Source of the DNA: Candidatus Palauibacter sp.
GTDB lineage: Bacteria; Gemmatimonadota; Gemmatimonadetes; Palauibacterales; Palauibacteraceae
Length of the DNA stretch: 64,000 bases
Assembly (NCBI RefSeq): GCF_965208055.1
Contig: NZ_CBDBNY010000004.1
Location: 320,045-384,044 of the forward strand
Reading direction: 5' to 3'
Shown here: positions 28,634 to 37,729 of the stretch, in pieces
Numbering within the stretch: position 1 is the stretch's first letter
Layout of the letters: every line of letters begins with the position of its first letter
Notes under the pieces: model-generated
Databases searched by the model: none
Seen by the model: the letters and a program-made list of their open reading frames with translations, nothing else
What the model was told of the DNA's origin: nothing
Position numbers and translations under genes: made by a program

Positions 28634-31600
28634 TCACATCGCGATGTGGACGTACGTCCGGAGCTCCCACTCGCTCCCGCTGTCGCCGGAGCGCCCCGGC
28701 TCGCACATCGCGAAACCGTTGGCGTCGATGGTCGGGGCGGGGCAGTACCGCGGCGAGTTCATGTCCAGCGAACGCCATGTGGCGCGAACCCCGAACCGCG
28801 TGCCCGGCATATCGAACCACCCCGGCCGACCCAGCGAGTACGACAGATCGCCCATCAACTGGAACGGGAAGGTGTGGTTGAAGTCGCGGTGGTAGTCGTA
28901 CGGTCCCCAGTCGTTCACCCGGGCGAAGGTCTCCAGCTTGAGAGGTCCGCGGATCACGCGCAGATCCACGCCGTGCCGGCGGATCAGGCGCGGGCTGTCG
29001 CCATTGGGTTCGCCGGTGCCCGTATAGACGTTCGCGATGAACCCGGAGCCGCCCGAACTCTTCGAGACGAGGCGGGCCTTCAACTCCCACACGTCGCGCG
29101 CCGGCGGAGCGCCGGGGAAGGCGAAGATGGACCGTCCGTCGGCCAGGATCCCGATCCCGGCGTCCTGCGTGGTCCCGAAACTCTTGTAGGTGAACCCGAT
29201 GGTTGTCGCGAACGAAGCGTCCTCGCGAATGTCGCTGTCCCACGAATGCATCCAGGTCGCGGGCGTGGGGTCGTACGTGAGGAGGAACTCCATCGCCTTC
29301 GTTTCCCGGCTCCAGCCGCGGACGGCGAACGGGTCGTCGACGACGTTGCGCGGACGCGCGGGCGCGGGCGCGCCGGCCGGAATCGGGCCCACGACCGGCT
29401 TCTGCCAGAGGAAATTGGGTGCGATCTGCCAGTTGCCCGCATTCAGCGCCACGCCGGTGAGAACGTTGTACTGGTTCCCCATCCCGCTGTCGCGGAGCCA
29501 CCAGCCGGTGAAGGTCTGCGTTGCGGTGGGGCCACCTTCGGCAACCAGGCCCATGGCCGCACCCTGCACGTACCAGTTCCACCGGCCCTTGGTGAGGGTG
29601 AGCTTCGCCTTGGCGCCGAACGCGTCCTTCGCCTCGATCCGGTCCCCGAGCACCTCGTAGCTGCCGGGCTCGCCGCGCACGATCTGGAACTCTTCACCCT
29701 CCTTGGTGGAGCCGGACCAGATACCGCCCACCTCGAACACCGCGTCGCCGCGCGTGGCGGCCAGGTGCACGGTGGCTTTGCGCGTCGGCGGCAGCGGGAC
29801 CGCGAACGAACTTGCCACGGCCCCCTGTTCCGCGAGGTCTTCCTGGTAGACGAACGTAGTCTGGAACGGCCCCACGCTCTTCGTCAGCTTGCCGAGTACG
29901 GTGGGATTCGCGCCCCACCACAGCTCCGGCCCGAAGGCCACGGAGAGGCCGTTGAACAGCCGCTTGCCGTCGATCTCCACCCCAAGCGGCGCCATGCCAT
30001 TATAGATGTCGATATTCGGGCCATAGTTGGCTTCGCGGTACAGTCCGAAGAAATCGCCCTCGTACCCCCAGTGATAATGTCCGGTACGATAGAAGCCGTT
30101 CAGACGGAACCATGAATCGTCCCACGAGATGTTGGCCTGGTAGATCTTCAAACGCTCGAGGTCGCCGAGGACGAACTGCTCGCCGTCGGCCTCCACTCGG
30201 CGCGGACGGCCACGGTTCTCGTAGAAGATCTCGTCGACCGGATTGTTGGGGACCGCGCCGAGGACGTTGACGATGACTTCGCCCTCGATGCCCCCCGCCG
30301 GCCTCGCCTTGATACCGCCGTAAAATGATTGCATCTGATCGAAGCCGCGGAACGACGGCCGCCCGCGCGAGACGGTCGGCGCGTCCTCCGGCGTACTGAT
30401 GACCGTCCCGCCCGTGCTGAATGTCTCGAACTCGGCCCGCAGGGTGCTCACCTGGAAGCGATCGAGGATCGAGGAGGTGAACGCCGCGCGGTCACCTCGC
30501 GCCTGCAGTTCGGCCGTTTCGGGCATGATCGCGGAGAAATGCCGTGCGATCGTCTCCATCGTCGTCCCCGGACCGTAGGGGTCGAGTTCGTACGCGTCGC
30601 GGAGGGCATAGAACGCGGCGCGGGGGAACAGTTCGTAGAGGCCCTGGTTGTCGGTCGGCCCCTTGGCGACGATGCCCCACCATTCCTCGTTCATGTTGTT
30701 CCGGCCGGGCACGTAGTCGTCCGGATACGCGCTGTTGGCCCAGGAGGCGTTGATGTCCTGAACGTCGAGGTTGTCCTCCTGCCCGAACTTCCACCAGCCG
30801 TCCGTCCACTGGAAGGTCATCCCGCCGATGGAATTGCCCACGCCTCCCTTGCCCGCGGATTCCGCGTAGATCTCCTGCCACTGGTCGAGGAGATAACGGG
30901 TCTGCATGAGCTGGTCCTCGCGCATCGTGCGCGCGTTCCAGACGTCGGCCCCGAACTCGGTGAACAGCACGGCCATCCCGAGCTTCTCGTCCACCTCCTC
31001 GAAGAAGTCGTTGAAGGACCGGCCGCGGTACACGTTGGAGCCGAGCACGTCGAGGTTACCCGCCTCTTCGGCGATGAGGTCGATGTACTGCAGGTCCCCG
31101 TTCGCGTAGGCGACTGGGCGCGTGGGGTCCATCTCCTTGATGAGTTCCGTCGCGTCCCCGACCAGCGAATACAGGTAGCGGGCGCGGCCGGTGTCGCGCT
31201 CGCCCTCGGGCATGTCCTCGGTCTCCGCCGAACTCCAGAAGAGACCGTAGTTGTTCTCGTTGCCGAGCAGCCACATGAGCACACCCGGCGTGTCCTTGAA
31301 TTCTCGCACCATGTCCTCGACCTCGGCGAGGACGACCGCGCGCGACTCGGGGTCCGCGTAGTTGGTGTTCGCGTCGAACACCCCGTTCACGGTGACACCG
31401 TAGCGGCCGAGGGCGTGGTTGAGAACCGTGTAGATCCCGTAGTTCTTCCAGATGTACTCGACCCACTGCGGCGTGATCCCGACGTAGGCCCGGATCGCAT
31501 TCACGCCCATGGCCCGGGCGAGGCCCATCTCCCGGTCGAGCGCCGCCTTGATCAGGTCGTCGGACTCGGTCCAGAAGTTGTAGTTGTAGGTCGTTCCGCG

Positions 31601-31825
31601 CGGAAAGTAGTCCCAGTTAATGCCGAGGACCATGAAGTCGTCGCCGTCCACCTGCAGCCTGATCCCGCTATCGTCCGCGATCAGTTCGATCTCGGGAAGG
31701 GGCGGATCGCCGGATTGCTGCGCGGCGAGGCCGGGGGTGCCCCCAAGGCAAATGAGAACCGCGACCGAGACAACGCTGAGGCGGAACCGGCGCGGCCGGA
31801 GTTGCGTGGAAATGACGCTTGGCAT
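28634..31825 (-). CDS. Clan GH-A glycoside hydrolase (GH2-like TIM barrel) fused to a ~600-aa C-terminal region, probably a beta-barrel
   Basis: GAGG RBS; signal peptide; MGVNAIRAY, LLGNENNY (acid/base), FTEFGAD (nucleophile), FQWTDGWWK, NEEWWGI; C-terminal half rich in amphipathic strands. Confidence 0.8.
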   Translation of the reverse strand: MPSVISTQLRPRRFRLSVVSVAVLICLGGTPGLAAQQSGDPPLPEIELIADDSGIRLQVDGDDFMVLGINWDYFPRGTTYNYNFWTESDDLIKAALDREMGLARAMGVNAIRAYVGITPQWVEYIWKNYGIYTVLNHALGRYGVTVNGVFDANTNYADPESRAVVLAEVEDMVREFKDTPGVLMWLLGNENNYGLFWSSAETEDMPEGERDTGRARYLYSLVGDATELIKEMDPTRPVAYANGDLQYIDLIAEEAGNLDVLGSNVYRGRSFNDFFEEVDEKLGMAVLFTEFGADVWNARTMREDQLMQTRYLLDQWQEIYAESAGKGGVGNSIGGMTFQWTDGWWKFGQEDNLDVQDINASWANSAYPDDYVPGRNNMNEEWWGIVAKGPTDNQGLYELFPRAAFYALRDAYELDPYGPGTTMETIARHFSAIMPETAELQARGDRAAFTSSILDRFQVSTLRAEFETFSTGGTVISTPEDAPTVSRGRPSFRGFDQMQSFYGGIKARPAGGIEGEVIVNVLGAVPNNPVDEIFYENRGRPRRVEADGEQFVLGDLERLKIYQANISWDDSWFRLNGFYRTGHYHWGYEGDFFGLYREANYGPNIDIYNGMAPLGVEIDGKRLFNGLSVAFGPELWWGANPTVLGKLTKSVGPFQTTFVYQEDLAEQGAVASSFAVPLPPTRKATVHLAATRGDAVFEVGGIWSGSTKEGEEFQIVRGEPGSYEVLGDRIEAKDAFGAKAKLTLTKGRWNWYVQGAAMGLVAEGGPTATQTFTGWWLRDSGMGNQYNVLTGVALNAGNWQIAPNFLWQKPVVGPIPAGAPAPARPRNVVDDPFAVRGWSRETKAMEFLLTYDPTPATWMHSWDSDIREDASFATTIGFTYKSFGTTQDAGIGILADGRSIFAFPGAPPARDVWELKARLVSKSSGGSGFIANVYTGTGEPNGDSPRLIRRHGVDLRVIRGPLKLETFARVNDWGPYDYHRDFNHTFPFQLMGDLSYSLGRPGWFDMPGTRFGVRATWRSLDMNSPRYCPAPTIDANGFAMCEPGRSGDSGSEWELRTYVHIAM

Positions 31826-31905
31826 GACCGCCTCTGCTTCCCGAGACTCGTGATGGTCCAATTCGACTTTCCAACGTAGGACGTGCAGCCGAGAAACCGC
31901 CAGAA

Positions 31906-32565
31906 TCAGCGGGGCGGGCCGATCCCCGCGGAGAGCGTCACCGCGCTGGCCGAATAGCCGTAGTCGAGCAGGACATCGGGAATCTCCCGCGTCCACTCGG
32001 TCACCGAGCGCGAGTAGCCGAGGCGCACATCGACCAGCCAACCCCTGTCGAGCAGCAACCCGAGCCCGATCGTCGCCGGCAGGCGGGCGCGCTGCTCTCG
32101 CCGCTCTCCCCGTTCTCCGTTCTCCGGGTTGACGCCGCTCGTCGCGAATTCGCTCCACATCCGACGGATCCCGCCGAACACATAGCCCTGCGTCGAGTTG
32201 CCCCCGGCACCGAGTCCGAGGAGTACGTTGACCCCGACTCCGAACCGGTCGTGGAGGTCCCACTCGCCGGGCCACACATCGTGCGGTTCGCCGTTCGGCG
32301 TGGGTTCGATCGTCCCCTCGATCTTTCCCCGGCCGGCAAGCACTCCCTCGAATTCCAGGCCCGCGAGCAGTCCCCCGAGGACCCGCGTGCGGAGCCCGAT
32401 GGAGGGGTTGATCGCGAAGGTCGGACCCGAGGCCGCCGTGGCGCTCTCGCTCGACCCGCCGCCCGCCGTCACGCGCTTGGAGTGTTCCGCGGAGAGCCAG
32501 CCGGCCTCGGGCGCCAGCCGAAGGAACATCTCGGACTGGGCGCGGACCGACGGCGCGGTCAGCAT
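31906..32565 (-). CDS. Small outer-membrane beta-barrel-like protein
   Basis: Alternating strands (LAGLEFEG, GVGVNVLLG, VDVRLGYSRS, VTLSAGIG). Start uncertain; hydrophobic signal-like codons continue upstream. Confidence 0.55.
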   Translation of the reverse strand: MLTAPSVRAQSEMFLRLAPEAGWLSAEHSKRVTAGGGSSESATAASGPTFAINPSIGLRTRVLGGLLAGLEFEGVLAGRGKIEGTIEPTPNGEPHDVWPGEWDLHDRFGVGVNVLLGLGAGGNSTQGYVFGGIRRMWSEFATSGVNPENGERGERREQRARLPATIGLGLLLDRGWLVDVRLGYSRSVTEWTREIPDVLLDYGYSASAVTLSAGIGPPR

Positions 32566-32606
32566 GGAGACGCAGACAGCGAGCGTGGCGGGTCCGGCGA
32601 GCCGGA

Positions 32607-33083
32607 TTACTGAGGCGAAGATTGCCCGGTCACGGCGACGACGCCGCAGTTGGTGAGGAGGCGCTGCGCGTCCGCTCTTCCGGAGTCCGAGGGTCCGAGC
32701 TGATTCTCGCCCTGCTCCTCCTCGTCGTCGAGCCCGCTGACGAAGCCGATGTCATGGTCCGCGACCCGCGAGGCGACGACGCGAATGTGGGTGTTCCCCG
32801 TGGCGGGATTGTCGAACACGCTCGCCGTGAGGACATCGTGCTCGGCGGCTCCGGTGAAGAGTTCCTGCACGGCGCCGGACGTCTGCCTGCGGCCCCGGAC
32901 GAAGCCGGCCTCGAGGTTGCCGTCCTCGATCGTGTAATCCATGAGGTTCAGTTGGGCGACCGCGCAACGATAAGCGGTCTCCAGTCCGGGCGGGGCGACG
33001 CCCTGGAAGGAGACGGGCGCGGTGGAACAGCCCGCGAGCAGCAGCACAAGGAACGGGACGACACGACGGGTGGCTCGTTTCAT
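32607..33083 (-). CDS. Hypothetical lipoprotein
   Basis: GGAG RBS; MKRATRRVVPFLVLLLAGC lipobox. Confidence 0.7.
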   Translation of the reverse strand: MKRATRRVVPFLVLLLAGCSTAPVSFQGVAPPGLETAYRCAVAQLNLMDYTIEDGNLEAGFVRGRRQTSGAVQELFTGAAEHDVLTASVFDNPATGNTHIRVVASRVADHDIGFVSGLDDEEEQGENQLGPSDSGRADAQRLLTNCGVVAVTGQSSPQ

Positions 33084-33176
33084 GGTGCTCCAATCTTCAT
33101 GATGGCCGTCCGGCGCGCCAGCGGAATGCACGTTCGCGGGTTGCAGAAGGTCCGGAGCCGGGGCGACCATGGGAGC

Positions 33177-34148
33177 ATGGCGCCTCGAACCCACCCCCCG
33201 ACGCTCCGCGCCGCCGCCACGATTGCGGTGACGCTCGCGGGCCTGCTCGCCGCGGGCGCCTGCGGGCCGCGGGCCGAAACGGTCCCGGCCGGGAGATCTC
33301 CAAAGGTTCTGCTCATCGGTATCGACGGCGTCCGCCCGGATGTGCTCGCGGAGGTGCCGACCCCGGCGATGGACTCCCTCGCCGCGAGCGGATGGTACAC
33401 CCCGGACGCGCGCACGACGACCCCATCGGTGAGCGGCCCGGCCTGGTCTTCGATCCTCACCGGCGTGTGGCCGGAGAAACACGGTGTGCTGGATAACGGT
33501 TTCGAGGGGCGGCGATACCGGGAGTATCCGGGTTTTCTCGCGCGCATCGAGCAGGATCGTCCGACCCTCGGCACGTTCGCGGCCCTCGACTGGATGCCGC
33601 TCGCATCACTCGAAGGCGGTGGCCCGGTACTCTCCGGCGCGGTCGACACGCTGTTCGCCGTGGACGGGTACGACCTCGGGTGGGCGGAGGCGGACAGCGT
33701 CGTCGCGGCGCGCGCGGCGGAACATCTTGCGGCGGCAGATCCCGATGCAGCCTTCGTATACCTGGGCAATCCGGATGAGACGAGTCACCGGCACGGATCG
33801 ATCGGCGCCGAGTACCGCGAGGCGATTGCCCTCTCGGATCGCCACGTCGGCTGGCTGATGGAGGCGCTCCGAGCCCGGCCCACGTACGGGGAGGAAGACT
33901 GGCTCGTGCTCATCAGCACGGACCACGGCCGGCGCGAAGACGGCGGCCACGGCGGGGACTCGCCGGAAGAGATGACGATCTTCATCCTAGCCAGCGGCGT
34001 GGCGACGCAAAGCTGGCCTGCGGCGGGATCCGGCCCCACCTACATCGTCGATGTACCGGTCACGGCGCTCGATCACCTCGGCATGGAGTTCGACCCCGAC
34101 GCCGGACTCGACGGGAAACCGCTCTCCCGGGGCCCCAGCGGCCCGTAG
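33177..34148 (+). CDS. Alkaline phosphatase superfamily protein (nucleotide pyrophosphatase/phosphodiesterase-like)
   Basis: VLLIGIDGVRPD, SGPAWSSILTG, DETSH, STDHG, GGHGG; lipobox-like AGAC. Confidence 0.87.
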   Translation: MAPRTHPPTLRAAATIAVTLAGLLAAGACGPRAETVPAGRSPKVLLIGIDGVRPDVLAEVPTPAMDSLAASGWYTPDARTTTPSVSGPAWSSILTGVWPEKHGVLDNGFEGRRYREYPGFLARIEQDRPTLGTFAALDWMPLASLEGGGPVLSGAVDTLFAVDGYDLGWAEADSVVAARAAEHLAAADPDAAFVYLGNPDETSHRHGSIGAEYREAIALSDRHVGWLMEALRARPTYGEEDWLVLISTDHGRREDGGHGGDSPEEMTIFILASGVATQSWPAAGSGPTYIVDVPVTALDHLGMEFDPDAGLDGKPLSRGPSGP

Positions 34149-34164
34149 CCGCGAGCTGCCGGGC

Positions 34165-35388
34165 CTACGCGTCGTCCTCCGGCTCAGCGGAAAGCAGTTC
34201 GTAGAGGACCACGCTCTCGACGCCCAGTTCGTCCCTGAACACGCCGAGTGCGCGGCCTCCCGCAACGTCGAGAATCCGTACCCGCTCCGGCACCTGGACT
34301 TCGCCGAGCCAGCGCCCGTCGTCCGCGAGAATCGAATAGTGGGTTACGCCGTTGAGTGCGGCATCGGCGGTCCAGCGCCCGAGCCAGACGCGGCCTTCCC
34401 GGTCGCCGAAGAGCTGGCTGACCAGGGGAAGAGGCTCGTCCGGTACCAGTTCGTAGTCGGCGAAGACGCGCGCCACCATCTCTTCGAACTCCGTCTCGGA
34501 CTGGATCTGCGGGTTCACCCTGCGGAGTTGGGTCCTCAGCGAGGTGGTGAACGCCCGCCAGTCCTCTTCGGCGGGGTAGGCTGGTGCCCGGCGCCACCGC
34601 ACGATCTGGTGGATCGTCCCGTTGGAGTTGCGCCACACGATCTCGGGCGTGTCGTCCCGCAGGTACACGAACCTTCCCCGCGAGACAGTCACCACCCCGC
34701 CCGGCATGAAGGGATTCCTCGGTCCATCTTCCGGCGATGACGGAACCCAGTCGTATGCCGCGACCGTGTCGAGCACACCGGCGTCCATGTCGAAGCGGAC
34801 CATGTGCCCCTGAAGCCACGGCTCCCGGAAGCCGCGCCGGTAACTCCCGCTCGTCATCAGCGCCTGCCCTTCGGCGTTCAGGCCCTCCACCCTCAGACTC
34901 CGGTTCAGGAAGCGCGTATCCACTTCGCGGACCGCTGCGCCGCCGGCGAACAGCGTAAGGCGGGCATGTCCGAGATCCTCGATGAGCAGGGTGTCGCCCC
35001 CGGCGGGCAGGAGTCCGACGATCATGTCGATTTCGCCGGGTCCGTCTCCGGGACCCGCGAGAAGTCCCCGGAAGGTCCCGTCCGATTCGAGCAGGACGAT
35101 TTCCCGGTTGAACGCGTCGGCCACGGCGGCGCTGCCGTCCGAGAGCAGCACACCCCTCCAGATGCTCTGAAAGGCGTAGTCTTCGAGTCCGGCGCCGTAC
35201 CTGTAGAGCGGCGGCGACGAGAAGGCGAAGGGGCTGGCGGGCTCCGGCGCCGTCTCGTATTCGACGATTCGGATCCCGGCACTGTCGTGGACGGACGGTC
35301 CCGATGCGGGCGGTGAATCCGCCTCGCACGCGGTCGCGGCGCCGGCCAGAATGCAGGACAGCAGCCCCGCTGTGGCGCGGCGGTTCAT
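34165..35388 (-). CDS. 6-bladed beta-propeller lipoprotein
   Basis: ATAC lipobox; DSAGIRIVE, GPGDGPGE, DREGRVW, RDELGVESV. Confidence 0.75.
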   Translation of the reverse strand: MNRRATAGLLSCILAGAATACEADSPPASGPSVHDSAGIRIVEYETAPEPASPFAFSSPPLYRYGAGLEDYAFQSIWRGVLLSDGSAAVADAFNREIVLLESDGTFRGLLAGPGDGPGEIDMIVGLLPAGGDTLLIEDLGHARLTLFAGGAAVREVDTRFLNRSLRVEGLNAEGQALMTSGSYRRGFREPWLQGHMVRFDMDAGVLDTVAAYDWVPSSPEDGPRNPFMPGGVVTVSRGRFVYLRDDTPEIVWRNSNGTIHQIVRWRRAPAYPAEEDWRAFTTSLRTQLRRVNPQIQSETEFEEMVARVFADYELVPDEPLPLVSQLFGDREGRVWLGRWTADAALNGVTHYSILADDGRWLGEVQVPERVRILDVAGGRALGVFRDELGVESVVLYELLSAEPEDDA

Positions 35389-35554
35389 GCGGCCTCCTCA
35401 AGCCAATCGAACGGTCGTCTGAGGGGTCGACACGCTGAAGTCCCCGAACGGTTGCGCGCACGCCGGCGCGGCCTTCGCCCGAACGCTGGCGGGAGATGCC
35501 GATGTCGCGCCAGTTTGGGGCAGGGAAGATTTTACACCAGGAACGGGGGATGAG

Positions 35555-36754
35555 ATGTCCGAGATGAATCGTCGTGGTTTCATCGGTCGGGGTCTGAGCC
35601 TTGGCGCCGCGGCGGCGGTCGCGGGGGCCGTTCCCGCGCGCGCTTCGGTCCGCGAGGGGCGGCCGGCGCTGGCGTCGAGCGGACGCGCGCAGACGCCGGT
35701 GATGATTACCAGCCACACGAACGACACGGGCCGACGCGCGGCCACGGCGTCGTGGCAGGTCCTGTCGGCCGGCGGCGCGGCGATGGACGCCGTCGAGCGC
35801 GGCGCGAACATCGTGGAACTCGACCCCGACGGGACCGGGGTCGGCTGGGGCGGCCTCCCGAACGCGGACGGGGTCGTGCAGCTCGACGCGTCCGTCATGG
35901 ACGGGGCCACGTACAACGCCGGTTCCGTGGCCGGCATCGAGGGGATCCGCACTCCCGCCTCGGTGGCCCGGCTCGTCATGGAGCGCACGGATCACGTCAT
36001 GCTGATCGGCGAGTACGCGCAGCGCTTCGCGGTCGGTTTCGGCTTCAAGGTTCAGGACCTGATGACGCCGAAATCCCGCGAGGTCTGGCTCCGCTGGCGC
36101 GAGCGGATGTCCGACACAGACGACTGGGGTCCCCCGGACCACCTGAGGCGCCCGGGCGGGGGATCCGGCGGTGGCGGGCTCGCCCGCGCCGGGTTCGGCG
36201 AGGATGCCGCGAGGCGCGAAGCGGAAGAATGGGCGGAACTGCTCAACCTGCCCGGCCGCGACGGCCCGGACCGGGACTACGTGCTGGCCGAGGCCCTCAT
36301 CCACCGCTACGGGACGACGAACGTGCTCGCCGTCGACGCGCAGGGGAACGTCTCCGGCATCACGACGACGAGCGGCCTGGCGTGGAAAGTTCCGGGCCGC
36401 GTGGGCGACTCGCCGATCATCGGCGCCGGCCTTTACGTCGACAACGACATCGGCGCCGCCGCCGTCACCGGGCGGGGCGAAGACGTGATCAAGTCGTGCG
36501 CCGGATACTACATCGTCTCGCGGATGGGTGCGGGCCGCACGCCGCAGCAGGCGTGTGAGGACGCCGTGGCGATGATCCGCCACAAGTACCGGAACGTGGC
36601 GCCGGACTTCATCCCGTCCGAGAAGTTCGTCGCGATCAACAAGGACGGGGACCATGGCTGCGCGTGGATGCCCTTCCGCGACACGCCGCCCCGCATGACG
36701 GTGGCGAACGCGGACGGGATCCAGACGTACGAGGGGGTGAGCGTCGCCGACTGA
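35555..36754 (+). CDS. Ntn-hydrolase, glycosylasparaginase/isoaspartyl peptidase family, Tat-exported
   Basis: NRRGFI Tat motif; VGWGGLPN, LDASVMDG, GT(T)NVLAVD nucleophile region, TTTSG..GRVGDSPIIGAG, TGRGE. Confidence 0.9.
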   Translation: MSEMNRRGFIGRGLSLGAAAAVAGAVPARASVREGRPALASSGRAQTPVMITSHTNDTGRRAATASWQVLSAGGAAMDAVERGANIVELDPDGTGVGWGGLPNADGVVQLDASVMDGATYNAGSVAGIEGIRTPASVARLVMERTDHVMLIGEYAQRFAVGFGFKVQDLMTPKSREVWLRWRERMSDTDDWGPPDHLRRPGGGSGGGGLARAGFGEDAARREAEEWAELLNLPGRDGPDRDYVLAEALIHRYGTTNVLAVDAQGNVSGITTTSGLAWKVPGRVGDSPIIGAGLYVDNDIGAAAVTGRGEDVIKSCAGYYIVSRMGAGRTPQQACEDAVAMIRHKYRNVAPDFIPSEKFVAINKDGDHGCAWMPFRDTPPRMTVANADGIQTYEGVSVAD

Positions 36755-36794
36755 CGAGGCGCCCGACCCGGACCCCGAGTCCGACGCGTCCGAG

Positions 36795-37241
36795 GTGACC
36801 GTGGTCGTCAGGGAAGCGGGACTCGAGGATGTGGACCGCCTCGCGCCGCTGTTCGACGGGTACCGCCAGTTCTACCGCCAGCCGGCGGACCTGGAGGGTG
36901 CCCGCCGGTTCCTGGCGGAGCGTCTGGCGGCGGGTGAGTCGCGCGTGTTCGTGGCCGAGACGGCGGACGGCTGGCCGCTGGGGTTCGTGCAACTCTTCCC
37001 GTCCTTCTCGTCCGTGTCGATGAAGCGGCTCTGGATCCTCAACGACCTCTTCGTCGCGCCGGACGCGCGCCGGTCCGGGGTCGCGCGCGCCCTCATGGAC
37101 CGGGCGCGGGCCCTCGCCGTCGAGACCGGGGCCAAGGGCCTCATCCTCGAGACGGAGTCCCACAACGCCCCCGCGAAGAGGCTGTACGAAGAGCTGGGCT
37201 GGGCGCTCGACGGCACCGACCACTACGAGTTGCCGGTGTGA
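36795..37241 (+). CDS. GNAT acetyltransferase
   Basis: LFDGYRQFY, GFVQLFPSFSS, LNDLFV..ARRSGVARAL, NAPAKRLYE. Confidence 0.9.
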   Translation: MTVVVREAGLEDVDRLAPLFDGYRQFYRQPADLEGARRFLAERLAAGESRVFVAETADGWPLGFVQLFPSFSSVSMKRLWILNDLFVAPDARRSGVARALMDRARALAVETGAKGLILETESHNAPAKRLYEELGWALDGTDHYELPV

Positions 37242-37723
37242 GCCCCCGGGTGAACACGTCGGTGCGCGCGGCGGCCTCGGCAGTGCTGCTGCCACTGCTG
37301 GCCTCCTTCGCATGCGCTGCCGGATCGGCGGCGGGACCCGCGGATGGGGATGGAGAGTCCGGACATGAGTTGCGACTGTCGCTCTCGACCGGCGACGAGT
37401 CGCCGAGGGCCGCCACGCCCATCGTCCTCGAACTGGCCGGTGTCAACGAAGGCCAGGCCGCACTCATCCTCGATTTCCCGGACGGCCAGCGCTACGACTT
37501 CGAGGTGATCTCGGAGGATGGGGCCGTCGTCTGGCGCTGGGCGGAGGGCAGGTTCTTCGCCCAGGTACTGGGGCGCGAAACGCTCGAACCCGGCGCCTCG
37601 CTGAACTGGACCGCGACAATCGAGGCCGGGCTGCCGGCCGGTGTCTACCGCGTCCTCGCCACACTCACCACGGTGGAGCCTCACACCATCGAGGCCACCC
37701 TCACCGTCCTTCCCCGGAGATAG
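37238..37723 (+). CDS. Secreted protein with BsuPI-like proteinase inhibitor domain
   Basis: Signal/lipobox; FPDGQRYDFEV..VWRWAEGRFFAQVLGRETLEPG. Confidence 0.72.
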   Translation: MSPRVNTSVRAAASAVLLPLLASFACAAGSAAGPADGDGESGHELRLSLSTGDESPRAATPIVLELAGVNEGQAALILDFPDGQRYDFEVISEDGAVVWRWAEGRFFAQVLGRETLEPGASLNWTATIEAGLPAGVYRVLATLTTVEPHTIEATLTVLPRR

Positions 37724-37729
37724 CGACCA

